Part shown: positions 24,529 to 37,380 of the stretch, piece after piece
Position numbering within the stretch: position 1 is the stretch's first letter
Layout: every line of letters begins with the position of its first letter
NCBI GenBank assembly: GCA_010909165.1
Contig: MU008234.1
Coordinates: 1-64,000, forward strand
Source: Anthoceros angustus
Taxonomy: Eukaryota; Plantae; Anthocerotophyta
Reading direction: 5' to 3'
DNA length: 64,000 bases
Position numbers and translations under genes: made by a program
The notes under the pieces: generated by a model
The model's input: the letters and a program-made list of their open reading frames with translations, nothing else
Told to the model about the DNA's origin: nothing
The model's database searches: none

Positions 24529-27500
24529 TCAAGATATCACAGTTTCAAAACCTCTTCCTCCTCTCCAAAATAAGTCGCCTCCTGCAGATCTCGGAGGACT
24601 GATCTGAGACTCATACTGTGCTTGGGTGTCTTCTGAATCTAAAACAACTGCCAGGTTGCGCATGCGTTCCAATTCTACTACGTCGAAGCTGTCAGTTTCT
24701 GCCAGGGCTTTCGCTTCATCATCTTCTTCGTTGTCTCCTTCCTCCTTGTCGCCACCACTCCCAGACTGCCATACAATATCCAGGGTTTGTTGTCCTTCCT
24801 CTAGCAAGTCCCCTGTTTGCGTTTTCATCCTCCTTGCACTAAGTGGAACAACCTGAGCCTTCAAACAATTTTTTTCGCTGATACAAACTTCTTTAGCCCA
24901 GAACTGTGCTGCTCCTCTCCGGTGGGCATCGAATGTGAGCTCCTCTTTCCAGTCTAGCAAAACCTCGAAACCATGTATGCGTTGTGGGATATAACCAGCA
25001 TAGCGGAGGTCAACTTCTATGGCAATAGAATTGCGTCGAGCAATCTTGCCGTGTTGTTGTCCCACTTCTGCGCAACCATCCGTCAATCTCCTTCTTTGAG
25101 AATGTTTTGATGAATTTCATCATCAACCCGAGAGGTCTTTAGTACACCACCACTTGTCTTGAGACATGTACACGCTTCTTCACCTATCATGTGCAATCAC
25201 GGATCGTCCATTGTTAAAAGTCCCTGCGTAATATTGGGCGTCATAGCCGCCTTGTCTTGAGCCTTCCTTCACACAACCCCTTATGTACTCCTTTTCCAAA
25301 TCCACCTGTCATTACTCATGTTTGTTTTGTCCCAAACGAAGGACACCATTCCACCCTTGCCACATAATCACGCATGCACTCTCTCAAGGTGAGCTTCTTC
25401 CACTCCGTGCATGACAATGAGCACGAATTCTTCCATGGTCGTCTTCTCGAAGCTTTGGAAAAGCGTTCATCATGCACGCATCCACCGACTATCCATAGGA
25501 CCAATGTCAAAGCCTCTTGGGACATCCATAACGAGAAGGGTATAAGCCCGCAGAAGGAATCCCGCATCTCCATAATGTTTCTTTTTCCACTTGATAGTAA
25601 CTCTTTCCCCACGGAGCAGTGAACAAGTGCGATCTTTCAAATCCTTGTCGATTGCATGCTCATCCTCAAGACTCTTCCGGTTGTTAATCTCAAATATAAA
25701 GTTCTTGAAATCCTCCGGCAGCTTTTGCAAATTCTCCACATCCTTTATTTCTTTGAGCAGAAAGAAAAACGTTAGGCGAGGACACCACATTCCTATTGTA
25801 TTCAAACAAACAAGCGATGGCGAAGGAGGTGTGAAAGGCGCGGCGCGGCGCCTTCACCACCTCCATCCTCATTGGTTTGCACCATGCCCGCAGGCGGCGG
25901 CGGCCTTGAGCTACCACGGCGCCCATGGGCGCCAGCGGCGCGGCGCGCGCCGGGCGCGCGAGGCCGCGCGTGTGGCGCCGCCGGGGCGGCGCGCTGGGCC
26001 GCCCGCCCCTCCCCGTGCCATTCTCGAGGGCAGCGGGCGCGCCAGCCGGCGCCATGCAAAAAAACCAAAGCGACTCATTATCGTGGTTCGGATCTCACCT
26101 TCCCAAAGAAAAGCCGTTTGAAAGCAGCAATCATGTCGTCCGTTGAGTGTAGGATATTCCTTCCTCACTTCCTCGAAAGATGAGCACTCCAGATGTTTAG
26201 CCATGGCCACTTGAATAACATGCAGTTTCTTTCTTGAAGTAATTTCGTCCTCCATTCCTTTGAGATCGAGGATGCCTGTCAGTACCTTCCCTGTTGCCGT
26301 GACAAGAATCTGCTGCCCACATTCACCCGCTGGTATACCCTGGAATGATTTCCAGGGTTTCGCGAGCATGTCTTTCGGCTTGAAATACACTGTTTCCACG
26401 TGCTTGGGATCATCTGTGACTTTCCTTTTTCCCTTCCCTTTTTTGTTGGTGCCAGCAGGTATGTGCTTCTTCTGCTCAGGTAACTTGCCTGCTTCCCACT
26501 TGGAAAAGATCTTATCAATATTATCCCATTCCTTGCCCTCCTGCTTTGAGATGCACAATATGTGTTCTCTGTTATCCACTTTGTTCTGCTTGTAGACGTC
26601 ATCTTTGCGCCCTTCATCATCTTCAATTAATCCAAGAACCTTATAGAAATTGAACTTCCAGGACATGGTCATCTGCACTCCATCACAACGCGCAATAAGA
26701 AGCTCATCCCGTAAATATCTAACCTGTTCAATAGAAGACATTTTCTTCCGCTTATCGGACATTGTGTTATGGTCGGTTGCAAGAACTCTCATCTCGTGCA
26801 CCGTAAGCCCACGGTATACATGCGCTTCAACATATTGAAAGCAGGACTTCCGAGCAATATCAAGTGCTTCATAGCAGACATATGTGTGGTTCCCCAAGTA
26901 CACCCATAATATATTTCTTGGCCGAATTTACTTGTCCAACTTGCTAATATCGTTGCACTCCCGGTCAATCATGCACTGGGCGAACCCTTCTTCAATCCTT
27001 CCCTTCGAAATAACTCGGGCTAGGTAGTTTGACCATGCCTCGTCCACCCTCCTGATTTGGGCATCTGGTGTAATATAAGATGCTGGCTTCAAATTCTCAA
27101 GCTTTACCAGTATTGTCTCCGGAACAACTTTCTTTGCATAGCGAGTCACGATTATTGTCAATGGGTCTGATTCCCGGATGGCATCTTCAAGTCTTTCCTC
27201 ATCTGTCACGACATGGATCGCTATATATCTGGTGGGCTTCACTCACGGTTTCCTTCCAGGATTTCTTCTTTCTCTTCCCCGGTGGAGCCTCGCTATGTGT
27301 GGTATGCTGTTGCGTGTGCCCACCATGCCTTGCTCTCCCACTCGAGTCCCTGTCTCCATACTCTCGGATCGGGCGGACACAGGTGCCTCAATAGAAGCTG
27401 CCTCGCCCGCCCACCGCTCACACCGTCTCTTCCCGCAACAATGGCAGGGCGTGCGCAGTTGATCGGCGGGCGCCCGGGGCCTGGGATACCAGGTTGGGTA

Positions 27501-27745
27501 CCTCCATGGAGGAGCCGGGAAAGGAATGTCCAACAGCGGAGCATCCCTTCCATCCTCCGCCTCCGAAAGTCGTCATCGTCGGAGTGGCCAAGGGCGTCGG
27601 GTATACACCCATCCTCCTCATCGGATGGGCCGAGCTCACTACTTCTGCGCTCGGCCGGGTGAGCCCATGCACACATCGGCGGGCTCGACTCGTCGTTGTG
27701 ACATTTCCCTCCTATCTTTGGATGACGGATTCGGTAATCTTCCAT
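24529..27745 (-). CDS. ParB-like domain fused to a beta-class amino (N4-cytosine/N6-adenine) DNA methyltransferase-like domain; frameshifted in this assembly
   Basis: ParB-like N-terminal part: AQIRRVDEAW...GNHTY...VYRGLTVHEMRVLATDHN (27060-26766). MTase motif IV region: YTLLVMDVPRG (DVPR at 25526-25515). C-terminal part: RPLGLMMKFIKTFSK, EGD, DGCA[G]SGTT (one G restored, 25081-25054) and RNSIAIEVD (25036-25010). This matches the N6_N4_Mtase consensus KP..L...I...S..GD.VLDPF.GSGTT...R.FIGIE.D in beta order (IV before I). Confidence 0.8.
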
Positions 27746-27859
27746 ATGTAATTAGTGCTCTAGCTTTGAGCATCCGCAAAACAGAAAAGGATTGAGGAAA
27801 GGCAAGATAGAAGCACAAGTCATGAAACCAACATACCAGATTTGCATCAAGCGCCTTGA

Positions 27860-30750
27860 AAACCTTATTCCAAAGTTTTACTTACGGTTGGGCACTAGCA
27901 TTTAAATCCTCCACGAGTTTGAAGGATGCACTTCTTGCTTTGGAAGCCATGTAGGTGACCTCATAAGCCTTGTACATGGTTTCATCTTCGCTTATCCGAT
28001 CAAATACCAAAGGCTTTGTTGTGCACAGAAAACAGCTCTCGTCCATCCATATCCACGATCGCCCATAGAACCCGGCCACCTTGCTCTGGTTTGGCAAGGC
28101 CCCTTGAACCCTCGACCCACAATTTGATAGAGTCCAAAATTGTTCTCCTCAAGGCTCCTCATCTGTGTCAACATCCGGTCCTTCTCGAGCAGTGGCCTCC
28201 ACCTTGCTCCCCAACCGCGTATAGCAGTATCCTCATAGTTAAATGGCGTTGGAATAGGCGCGATTGCTGTGGGGTCTCTTCCTCGGTCTCCTCCTGCGTG
28301 CCTTCTCCTTCGTTGTCTTGGCCTTCCCGGATGTTAGGATTTCCCATGCTTGCCCCTTGACAAATTACCTCGGGGCTGGTGCTTGATGGCTGGGTTGTAT
28401 CGCCTCCACAGGAGGTGCCGCGCCTTCTCCAACATCCACACCATTCACCGCATCCTTCCTTCTTCTTTGGGCGGGATTTCTTGGTTTTGGGCATCGGGTC
28501 GATGTGCCTCAGTTCTCCACGTTCCTTCCTACTTGTCTTCCGCTTGCCATCCTCAAGAGATTAGATACAATCCATAGGAAGCACAATTCAAAGAAGGAAT
28601 CGGTCGCACAAAAGAGGAAATTTGCGAGGAAGGGAGGGGCCATCATGAGACTATGGTGTGCGAAGAGGAAATGGCGGAGGATCGCGGTAGCGTGGAGAAG
28701 TCGCGTCTTTGGGAGGCAGTGCCAAAGTCCTTCTGCTTGAGGAGCTTACGGCGCCGCCGTTCTGGCTGGAAGAACTCTCTCTCGGGTTACTCTCCACTTG
28801 ACGAAAGTATGGCCCGTTCGGTCATACACAGTCATGTCTTGGCAACCTAACCATAAATGTCAATTAAGGTAATGATTACATGGAAAACCATTTATAGGAC
28901 CCTAAGTCAAAAGCCGTACATGAACCCCAATGCCAGAAAACAATGAAGAGGCGGTGTGCCTCAGCCAAGATCTACCGGTGAAGATCTTTCGGTTTATTTG
29001 CTCATAATGGCATTTCCACCTTACCTTGGTGCCTACTATGTCATACCACGCTGTGAAGAGAGGACCATATTTCGAGAGGTTAGAGGTGCGGAGTCCTCGC
29101 GGCGACAATGTTGCGCGCCACACACACATCGATGTCGAAGAGGTCGAGTTTTTCCACAAAGTTCATTCCTACGTTTGTATGCGATCAAGGAACATGTACT
29201 TGAGAACAAGTGTTGGGTTTGCATCGATCTCCGTCTCATCCATGTAATGACGACATTGATGTTGTCGCGGAGGAGCAGTGTGAGGAAGAGGGGTCTTTGA
29301 TTTCGGATGGTAGGTGACTCTCTTGTGAGCCGGATGGTCAGTTGAAGGGGCCCCAGCGGCCTTCCGATCATGAGCAGCGAGTCCGAACTCAGGTTAGTTT
29401 GCCTTCAACAAGAAAGCGACTTGTTGCGGTCAATTGTGGCGAATAGTCCCACGGCGTCCGATTCCATCTCACCGCATGCACAGTGGTATTGCGGTAATGC
29501 TCGTCGCCATAGCGTCCTCTCCGGCATTCGCGTGGGGTGCCCATGACCCCGAACTTGAACTTATATCGCCATTGATGGGAATCACGCATCAGCGAAGACA
29601 CGGGAAGGAAGGGGATGGGGTGCGAATCCGTCGTGGTTTGTTCCGCCAAGGAGCGATGTGATGACCGCAGGGGGTCTTCCACAAGCAAATGATCCGTGGG
29701 TGAGGATGGGGATGATGACTTTGTTCACCCTCCTCCTGGTGCATCTGGAACATTCCATCCCAAGCCTTTAAGTGAGACATTGATGACAACAAAGCTTTCG
29801 GCGGACAAGCGCTGAGCGAGGCAGGTGTCTTTGCAAAAATGTGGAGAAGGTGACGGCGGACTTTCTTAAACCGTGTTGCAACCAAATGTGCATGCGAGGT
29901 TGACCAAGCAAGGCCTTGAGAACGATATAGGTTCCTCACAATGTGCGAGGCAAGAGCGAGACATTTCTTCAAAGCCTCGTACATCGGGACCGGAGTCAAA
30001 CTAACAAAGAAAGAGTTTTTACGCATGTTATGGGATCGGTTCCTCTGCTGTTTGTTGCGTGAAGGCCTTGAGAAGAGTATATTGTATGGGGCTGATACGA
30101 GGCGAAAGGGAGGGTCATGAGGAATGCCCGTGGGATAGTGTTCGAACCAACCCAATTCATAAGTCCGTCATGCACTTGGTGCTCTAAGCGTGGATGGATA
30201 ATGCTTTTGTTCATGGTGAAAGACTTCGTGCGTGGTGTATAACTTTGCACGACACCTATACAAAGTTGGAGATATGGTCATTGTACAAGCGGTGTCAAAG
30301 CTCTAGTGCGGTTTGTGACGTCTGGTTTTGAAGTTATGGAAATCTAACTTGTAGTGAAGATTCCCAAATCCAACGGGTTCTCGACACACTCAATATGTCT
30401 TGAGGTTAAAGACCACCATTGAATACAACTCAGAAGGTTGATCAAGGTAGATATCTACCACTAGTACAACCATGTGAGGTGGGAGGAGTTTTGAGTTCAT
30501 CCCATAGTTCGCGAATGAGCGGTGGTATGTGTAGATGGTTTGCAAACTTTGTGTCGGTCAGGGTGGGCCGGCCCAGCGCCCACCTCAGATGTTGATGGTT
30601 TTTGAGTTGCGAACCATGATTGAAACTTGCATGTCACTGTTCATGGATGGCCCCTGGGTTGTAGGTTGGTTGGGGCGAGTTTGTAGGTTCCCCGGGCCCC
30701 GCACCCGAACCCATCACCTTCAAACTGCTCATAATACATGACCTAGAAGC
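27860..30750 (-). CDS. Unknown, probably spliced gene co-oriented with and directly upstream of the methyltransferase gene
   Basis: Protein-like segments in several frames (NLSKYGPLFTAWYDIVGTKVRW; acidic linker EGEGTQEETEEET; FYGRSWIWMDESCFLCTTKPLVFDRISEDETMYKAYEV). AG acceptor-like sites at about 28846 and 28556. Boundaries are approximate. Confidence 0.45.
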
Positions 30751-33700
30751 TGAGGTTTTGTATATTTTGGATTATGGAAGATGGTAAAGGTTTGTGTGAA
30801 GAGGTGCTAGTCCACGGCATCAGTTTGTTGTATGCGGTGGTTTTCATGGATTCTGTCTTCGCTTGTGGTATGGCAGAAGCGTGCCCTACTAGAAAAGGCA
30901 GCCTATGTTACACTTTATGTTAAGATTTGGACCCCCGGATGTAACACTTATGTTGCAATTTTGGGGTCATGTAACACTTTTTGGGCCGCTTGTTACACTT
31001 TGGCTTGGAAACCAAACCGGAGTGTTTGTTGCAACCATGTTGCAAGTGTTGCAATTTTGTTGAGATGAAGTGAGAGGCGCTTTTGTCCTCTCTCAAGATT
31101 GCAACAGTTGCAACATATAAAGTGTTACAAGAAAAGTCTTGTAACACTTTTGGAGGCTCCGAACCTCCTCCCCATCTACCTTCCTCCTTTACTACATTTA
31201 CCATATAGAATACTTGGTTTCCTTATTACCTCGTATGAATACATATAAATAAATACATGTATGCATACCCTCATAGAATCGGTATTGGTAATATGCCATA
31301 TCGATAATTTCGTGACATACGGTTATATTTCATTTTGTATAAAACACGCTTATACGACAATCGCTGCATAAATTGTACACGTCCGAGGATACTATACTTT
31401 GTATTCATCATTCACGAAAACTGCGGATACATACATCCCACATTTCACCCCGCCTATTTTTGTGTATCCGTCGCGCAACCTACCTTCTAGCGGGCGTTAC
31501 GTGCGGCTTGTCCCCATGCCCATCGGCTTCTTGCCATGGCTCGCCCACCCTTCTTATCGCATTTACTACTTTGTCCTTCCGCCTAGGAGTTTGCTTTACC
31601 GTGGGTTCTTTCGCTCCATACATGCCTTCATTTCTAATTTCCTACTCCTCATCGTATGCATGAGAAGGAAACCTCCTACAACCCCTGCTTTTGCGATTTT
31701 CTTCCTCCCTTCCTCTTGCGTCGTCTCATGACCAGCTTTCCCTTTCCATCGCATCCACCTCCCTTCCACTCCTGACGCACCACGGTACAAACATCGCAGC
31801 ATGCCCTTCAAGACATGTGCAGATATAGTGGTGTGCACAACGACCTTCAATTGCTTACCTTCCCGACCCCATCTTTTCTTATGTACCTCTTGCCCACAAT
31901 CCGCTCCTTCCATCCTCGCTGTGGCGCCCGTGCCTGTCACACGGCCCCGCCGATGCCTCCAGCACCTCCCCGCTTTCCTCTTTCGGCCTCCACCTTTTGT
32001 CATGTGGCGTAGCCTCCAATGGGGCCCAGTGGAGGTCCATGCGATCGGAGTGCGCTGTATGTGTCTGCACGGTTAGGCACGCCCTCAATGTCGCCCCTTC
32101 CTCATACTCGCGCCATCTGTTGTTCGCCATCAATGTACCCCTTTGCTGCCCCGCCTTTCTCCCTCCCCTCGAAAATTCCCTCATGGCTGCCACTCGCCTT
32201 TTGGCCCCACCACGACCATGGCTTGCCATGGACCCGCCTCCATTCGCCACCGCCTCCCTCTCCCACCCCATTTGTTCAGCACGCTGACCATGCCTGCCCT
32301 TCCGGACGACAATTGCCTCCCCGCAGCGAATTCTCATCCGCCCGATTCCATCCCTCATGTCTTTCACGGCCCCTCGTCACTCCTCGACCCCATCTCCGTC
32401 CACAATGTGCACATTACTGGCGGACGGCACCTCCCAACACACGCCCTTTACCGGCTGCCCTCTTGACACACCCTCCTTCCGTGAACCGGCATGGCCTCTG
32501 GTGATTCCAAGTCCCTCCCCTCCTCTCCCACGCCATGGCAGAACTTGACGGTGACGGGCACACCTTCGGTCCGCCATGGCCGCCGCCTCTCCTACACATC
32601 TTCTCACACTCGGCATTCACACTATCACCGGCATGGCGTTCCATCACCTGGGTGATCGTGGCGTTCGCCACGATCACATTGCCATAGCCTCATCCGCACC
32701 TTCATGTTTTGTCTCCCTCCTCTCTCCCAATGCATTCTACTCCCACCGTCCTCCTACTTATCCCCCCACATCCACACCACCACCTCCTGCGGTGCCCTCT
32801 TCCATCCTTCGTCTCGGAAATGCCACGATCTGGATCCATCTCCAATTCCATGTCGTTCAACAAAATTGTCATCTCCCTTGTCCTCCTGGCCAACCTCCGG
32901 GTGGTTCGGTTATTCCATGTCTTACCTGTATGAACTGGGAGACCGCATCGCAACCGCCCAGAGGTTGCATGGAGATCGTCCTCGCCTCCCAAATTCAGCC
33001 TCCTCTTGATTTGGGTACCTACCATGCTTCTTCTCAAACCGAAGCACCCATCCAAGACGCCTCCCTTGCCCCAAGGGTTTGGCCCCAGCTTTTGCCTCTC
33101 TTGCTGCAAGTTCATACTTGATGGCTCGAACTTCCTGCTTCAGCTCCATCCGAGCCTGTGCAAGGGCATCTTCCACTCCTCCTCGTCCACCATGCTCGGC
33201 TTACCCGCTCCTCCCCTCCTCTCCCCTCTCCCCTCTCCTCTAATGCCGCGCCTTTGCGGCCTCCACATCGAGAATTGCGTGCGAGTCATCGAGAAGTGTC
33301 GGCTTATCTTGGACTTCACCACCGGTCGGGAAGGCTTGACACCGATTTCACTAACCGTCCCTTCTCCCCTAACGCCGCGCGCCATCTTGCCATGTTCCCA
33401 GTTCATTCACAACCTTTGTCCTCACGGCCAACAGCCGTGCCTTTTCGCTCGAACAACATCGGATTCCCTTCCCTTCCTGTCCTTTGCTTTTGCATTGCCT
33501 CCTTCACCATTTCACGCCATTCCTTTTATCAAGGTCACCGTGCATCGTTGTCCACCTCACACCACTCCATCGCATCCGGTGCACACCCTCCTCTTGTCAT
33601 CACACCTCCCCTTGGCCGCCCGCCATTCCTCATCCGCTTCAGGCGCGGTCGGCGCCACGGGACCCGCCCCCACGGGTTGCCCCGCCTGCCTGCTTTTGCC

Positions 33701-34649
33701 TTCTCTCCCCAACCACCTCCCGTGTTGCCATGGGCTGCCTCCACATGTCTGCCGCATGAACACCGCCAAGATGCACAAGCTCGCGAACCGCATCAACGTG
33801 TGTACAAATTGAACAAGACGTTCTTGTCAATCCGTCTCGAAACACCCACCTCATCGATAGCAAAGCATCGTCACCATCGCTGCGAACGCAATGCTCCAAG
33901 TCCGCGTCGGGGCTGGGATATTCCACGTCTCCATGTCCTCAACCGCCATTGGTTGGCTGCCATGTTCCCTTGTCCTCACAACTCTCCGTGTGTCTATGTA
34001 GGCGGTGGCACGGTGGTAGCGCTGGATCGGAGAGGTGTTAGGTGGCTGGGGTGGATGGCGGTAGCTCGAGACGAGCTTGCCCTCTCATCCTCCCCACCCA
34101 CCTACGGATAGGCGTCGGCGGGCGACGCCGATGTGCTTCTAGCGGGGTATCGATGTCTGCAAACTCGCCCACGCCTTCCTTCCGTCCATTGCCCGGACGC
34201 CACCGCGCCATCTTGAAGGCATTGGCTTGCCCTTCCGATAGTTGCCAAGCCAAGGGTCGCCACGCCAAAATTCAAAGCTCTTCATATGGAAAGCCTTTGT
34301 TTGCAAACTCGTCGGCGGTCATTAAGCTTCGGAACCGTCCTCACTGCCCTTTCTCCTTCGCCATAATGACTAGTGTTTTATATTACGACAACTTGTAGTC
34401 CCTTGCCCACAATTGAGTGATCTAGAAGAGGTCATCATTGCATATTGCCGATAATCGGTCCATGTGAACACCGCCATCAAGACCACGGTATTTAGTAGTG
34501 TCACGTTGGTTCTGTCTTCCATTGGAGCCACATTACGTCAAGAGTCGGGAGGTTCGCCCCATCGTAGTGTCACGTTGGTTCTGTCTTCCAATGGAGCCAC
34601 ATTACTCCGTCCGGAGGTTCGCCCCATCCTCGACGTCCATAGGCCACAT

Positions 34650-37380
34650 GCCATGCGCTATATGGCTCCGTCCACTCGCTCCGCGTCCCTCCATCCCTCG
34701 CCGGGTGGGTACGCGGGCCCAGCCTATGTCATCCGCCTCCGGATGCAGATGCATCACTGCGATGGCCACACAAACGGACCATCTATTGAGCGCACCCTGT
34801 AGACGCAAACTTTCTCCGTATTTACAATGTCAAATCCGGTGTACGACTTTCGCAGCGATGGCCTTGTCCCTCCTGGCTGACACTCGTACCATCTAACCTT
34901 CAACAGAATTGGCTTAAACTCCTGCGAGAACTGCAAGCGGAGTATTTGCTCTATGTGCCCGTAGAACGGGCGCTCCTCTTCAATGTCGCCGCCACCGCCT
35001 GTCCATCATGATAAACTTTGCGCTCACCGCACTATCCTTTGTACTCCGGCGACGCTTTGTCCGCCTCGCTCGAGGTGGCGCCTTTGTTCCACATGTGGCT
35101 ATATGCCACCGCTGCAACGCAGCCCATCCATGATTGCGGTCACTTCGTGGGTCATGCAAGGATGCCCATCCCATGCGTTCGAGCCCTTCTTCCATATATC
35201 ATCTCGAAAGTCCGACCATCCTGCACCGTTTGTCCTAACTTCTTCCTCGTACATGTCCAAGAACCGCAGCACCTCCGTGATACAGCACATATGTGTGCGC
35301 CTGTCGTGCCTCCACGGCATCCATTATGTACGCACGGCCGACACCCAGCACCTTCTCCCCCATACGTTCATCTGCAGTCCATGCTTCTCCCACGTGAGCG
35401 TAATAACGGCGGAGAAATGTCATGCCGAAATGCAAACTCTCCTCACGCATGTACCCCACCGCTATACTGGACTCGGGTCTCGCGCGCTGTCGCACTGTCC
35501 GCTTCCTGGATCCTAAATATCTCTCCACCGGGTACATCCACCTAGTGTGAACTGGGCCCAAAGCGGCCACCTCGTCCACTAAGTGTAGTATGAGGTGGGT
35601 TGATATATCAAACATCTTAGGGGGAAATTGCTTTTCCAGAGAGCACATTACCCTCACTGCCTCTTCGCGCTGTGCTTGGATGTCCCGACTCGGTATCGTC
35701 ACCGGCAAATCCATAAGGCGTCCTAGCTTTACAACCGCCTTGTACACCTCGGCTCTATGCACCCCGGAGGACGATGGGGAATATGATTTCCAACATAATG
35801 TGCCGATCATGGCATTTGTTCGCTTTCCGCTTTCCACCTTAGGCTATGTTGGACCCATAGCTGTGCTTGATGCGTTTAATGCCCTCAATCACGGTCTTCA
35901 AGTCGATTTGGACAAACGACGGCGCTGCGGTATTGGCCATCGTCACTGTGCCACAACCATCTTTTCCTCCGCTTGCTTCCATGTCCATGCGAAGCAATGT
36001 CATCTCGCTCTCCGTGCCATATGGCCTCTGCATTGTTTTTCCACGTGCATCACATCCTTTGGCGCCCACACAAGCATGTGACGCCAATATGGCGGTGACT
36101 ACGAACAAGGGCGACATTCTCCACGGTTCCAAAGTTGCCCGACGGACGTCTGCAGTGTCGCTTTCTCTGCGTGCCATATCCGTCACAATATCATCGAGCG
36201 TTGGCGGCTTTGGTTTGGTCGGAGGTCCGCGATCCATCAAACCAATCGCATCCTCCCACCGCCCATCACATTAGCCGGTAGCCACCGCGATCCGACATAA
36301 ACGGGCTTTTCAAATCTGGAATAGCGAGAATCAAGGTCCACAAGAATCGACACACGCCGCTTCCTCTCACTTGCAATCCGGTGAGGGTACCCAACCCGGG
36401 TAATCGGCAATGATGCGAATCACGCGTAACTTGAAATGCCTCTTAGGATGGTTTCGGCATTGAGAAATCTTCCATGTCCACCCCTCCATAACTCTTGAGT
36501 TCATCTACCGGTGCCATGTACACATCGAAATTTTAACCATCCCGGCCCGGCACAATCGGAGGCATGATGACATGCGCGTCCTTTGTCTGGCCCAAGGTGG
36601 CATGTTGTGCACAAATACCAAAACCGCCATATGGACGTGTTTGAGTACCAAACGGGTTGAACCGTCTGGATAATGCTAACCTCAAGTTCCTCGGCTCATC
36701 GCCGAAACCATCAATCGCATCTAGTGCTCTCCATGCCGGGTATCCGCCATCATGGACATGTCCCCATTCTCGCTTTGCCTCCCGACATACCAAGTCATCA
36801 ATGCTTATTTCCGCCATTGAAACATGCGTTTGATCGCGGTTTCAAGGAAAATGCCGGAGGACCTTCCGAGGACTCCCCGGCTCATCAAACCCATCCCCGA
36901 ACGGCACACACTTTGGGCAATGGTTGCCCCCGACAATGTAACGCATTTTTCTCACAAGCATGGATTTTCTCATATCGGGGCCAAATAGGTGATGACTTGG
37001 CCTCGTACATGTCCTTGTAACTCGTCGAATCGGCAAAAATCCACACTTAAGATCTTTAAGAGGGTCTGCGACGCCATGATGTCAAACATGGTTTGCCAAG
37101 ACAACAACAGCGCGCTTAGCCGCTTTCGCCACTGCTCACTTGGTATAAAGGCGTCTGCCAGCGCGGCGCGTGCTGCGGCGCGGTTCCCTCCGTGCCAAGT
37201 GCATGATCGTTGCTTCGCAAGTCGTCCACAGTGCATATGAGGTACATCTTCACATCCGTTCCTCGTCCATGCTCTCATCGGAGCCGCCACTTTGGTCGCC
37301 CCCATTGCCTTGTCTCGCATTTCATACTCCTCGAGCCCTCGATCCGTCTGCGGTGGAGGCGCCTTCAAGGCCTCCGCCAC
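34650..37380 (-). CDS. tnpD: CACTA/En-Spm transposase TnpD (Transposase_21, DUF4218, DUF4216), frameshifted
   Basis: YEKIHAC; GFGDEPRNLRLAL...FNPFG; MCSLEKQFPPKMFDISTHLILHLVDEVAALGPVHTRWMYPVERYLG...RARPESSI; ILLKVRWY...TGFDIVN...PFVWPSQ. Confidence 0.93.

Noticed and set aside
25820-26060. Extremely GC-rich stretch generating Ala/Arg/Gly-rich ORFs on both strands
   Set aside because: Its composition clashes with the flanking coding sequence and looks like low-accuracy consensus inside the MTase gene; the ORFs are not credible.
30346-30353. CACTACAAG (minus strand) as a CACTA terminal inverted repeat; also near-matches at ~30458 and ~34391
   Set aside because: No matching opposite terminus or 3-bp TSD was found, and the site lies in probable coding sequence, so chance occurrence is likely.
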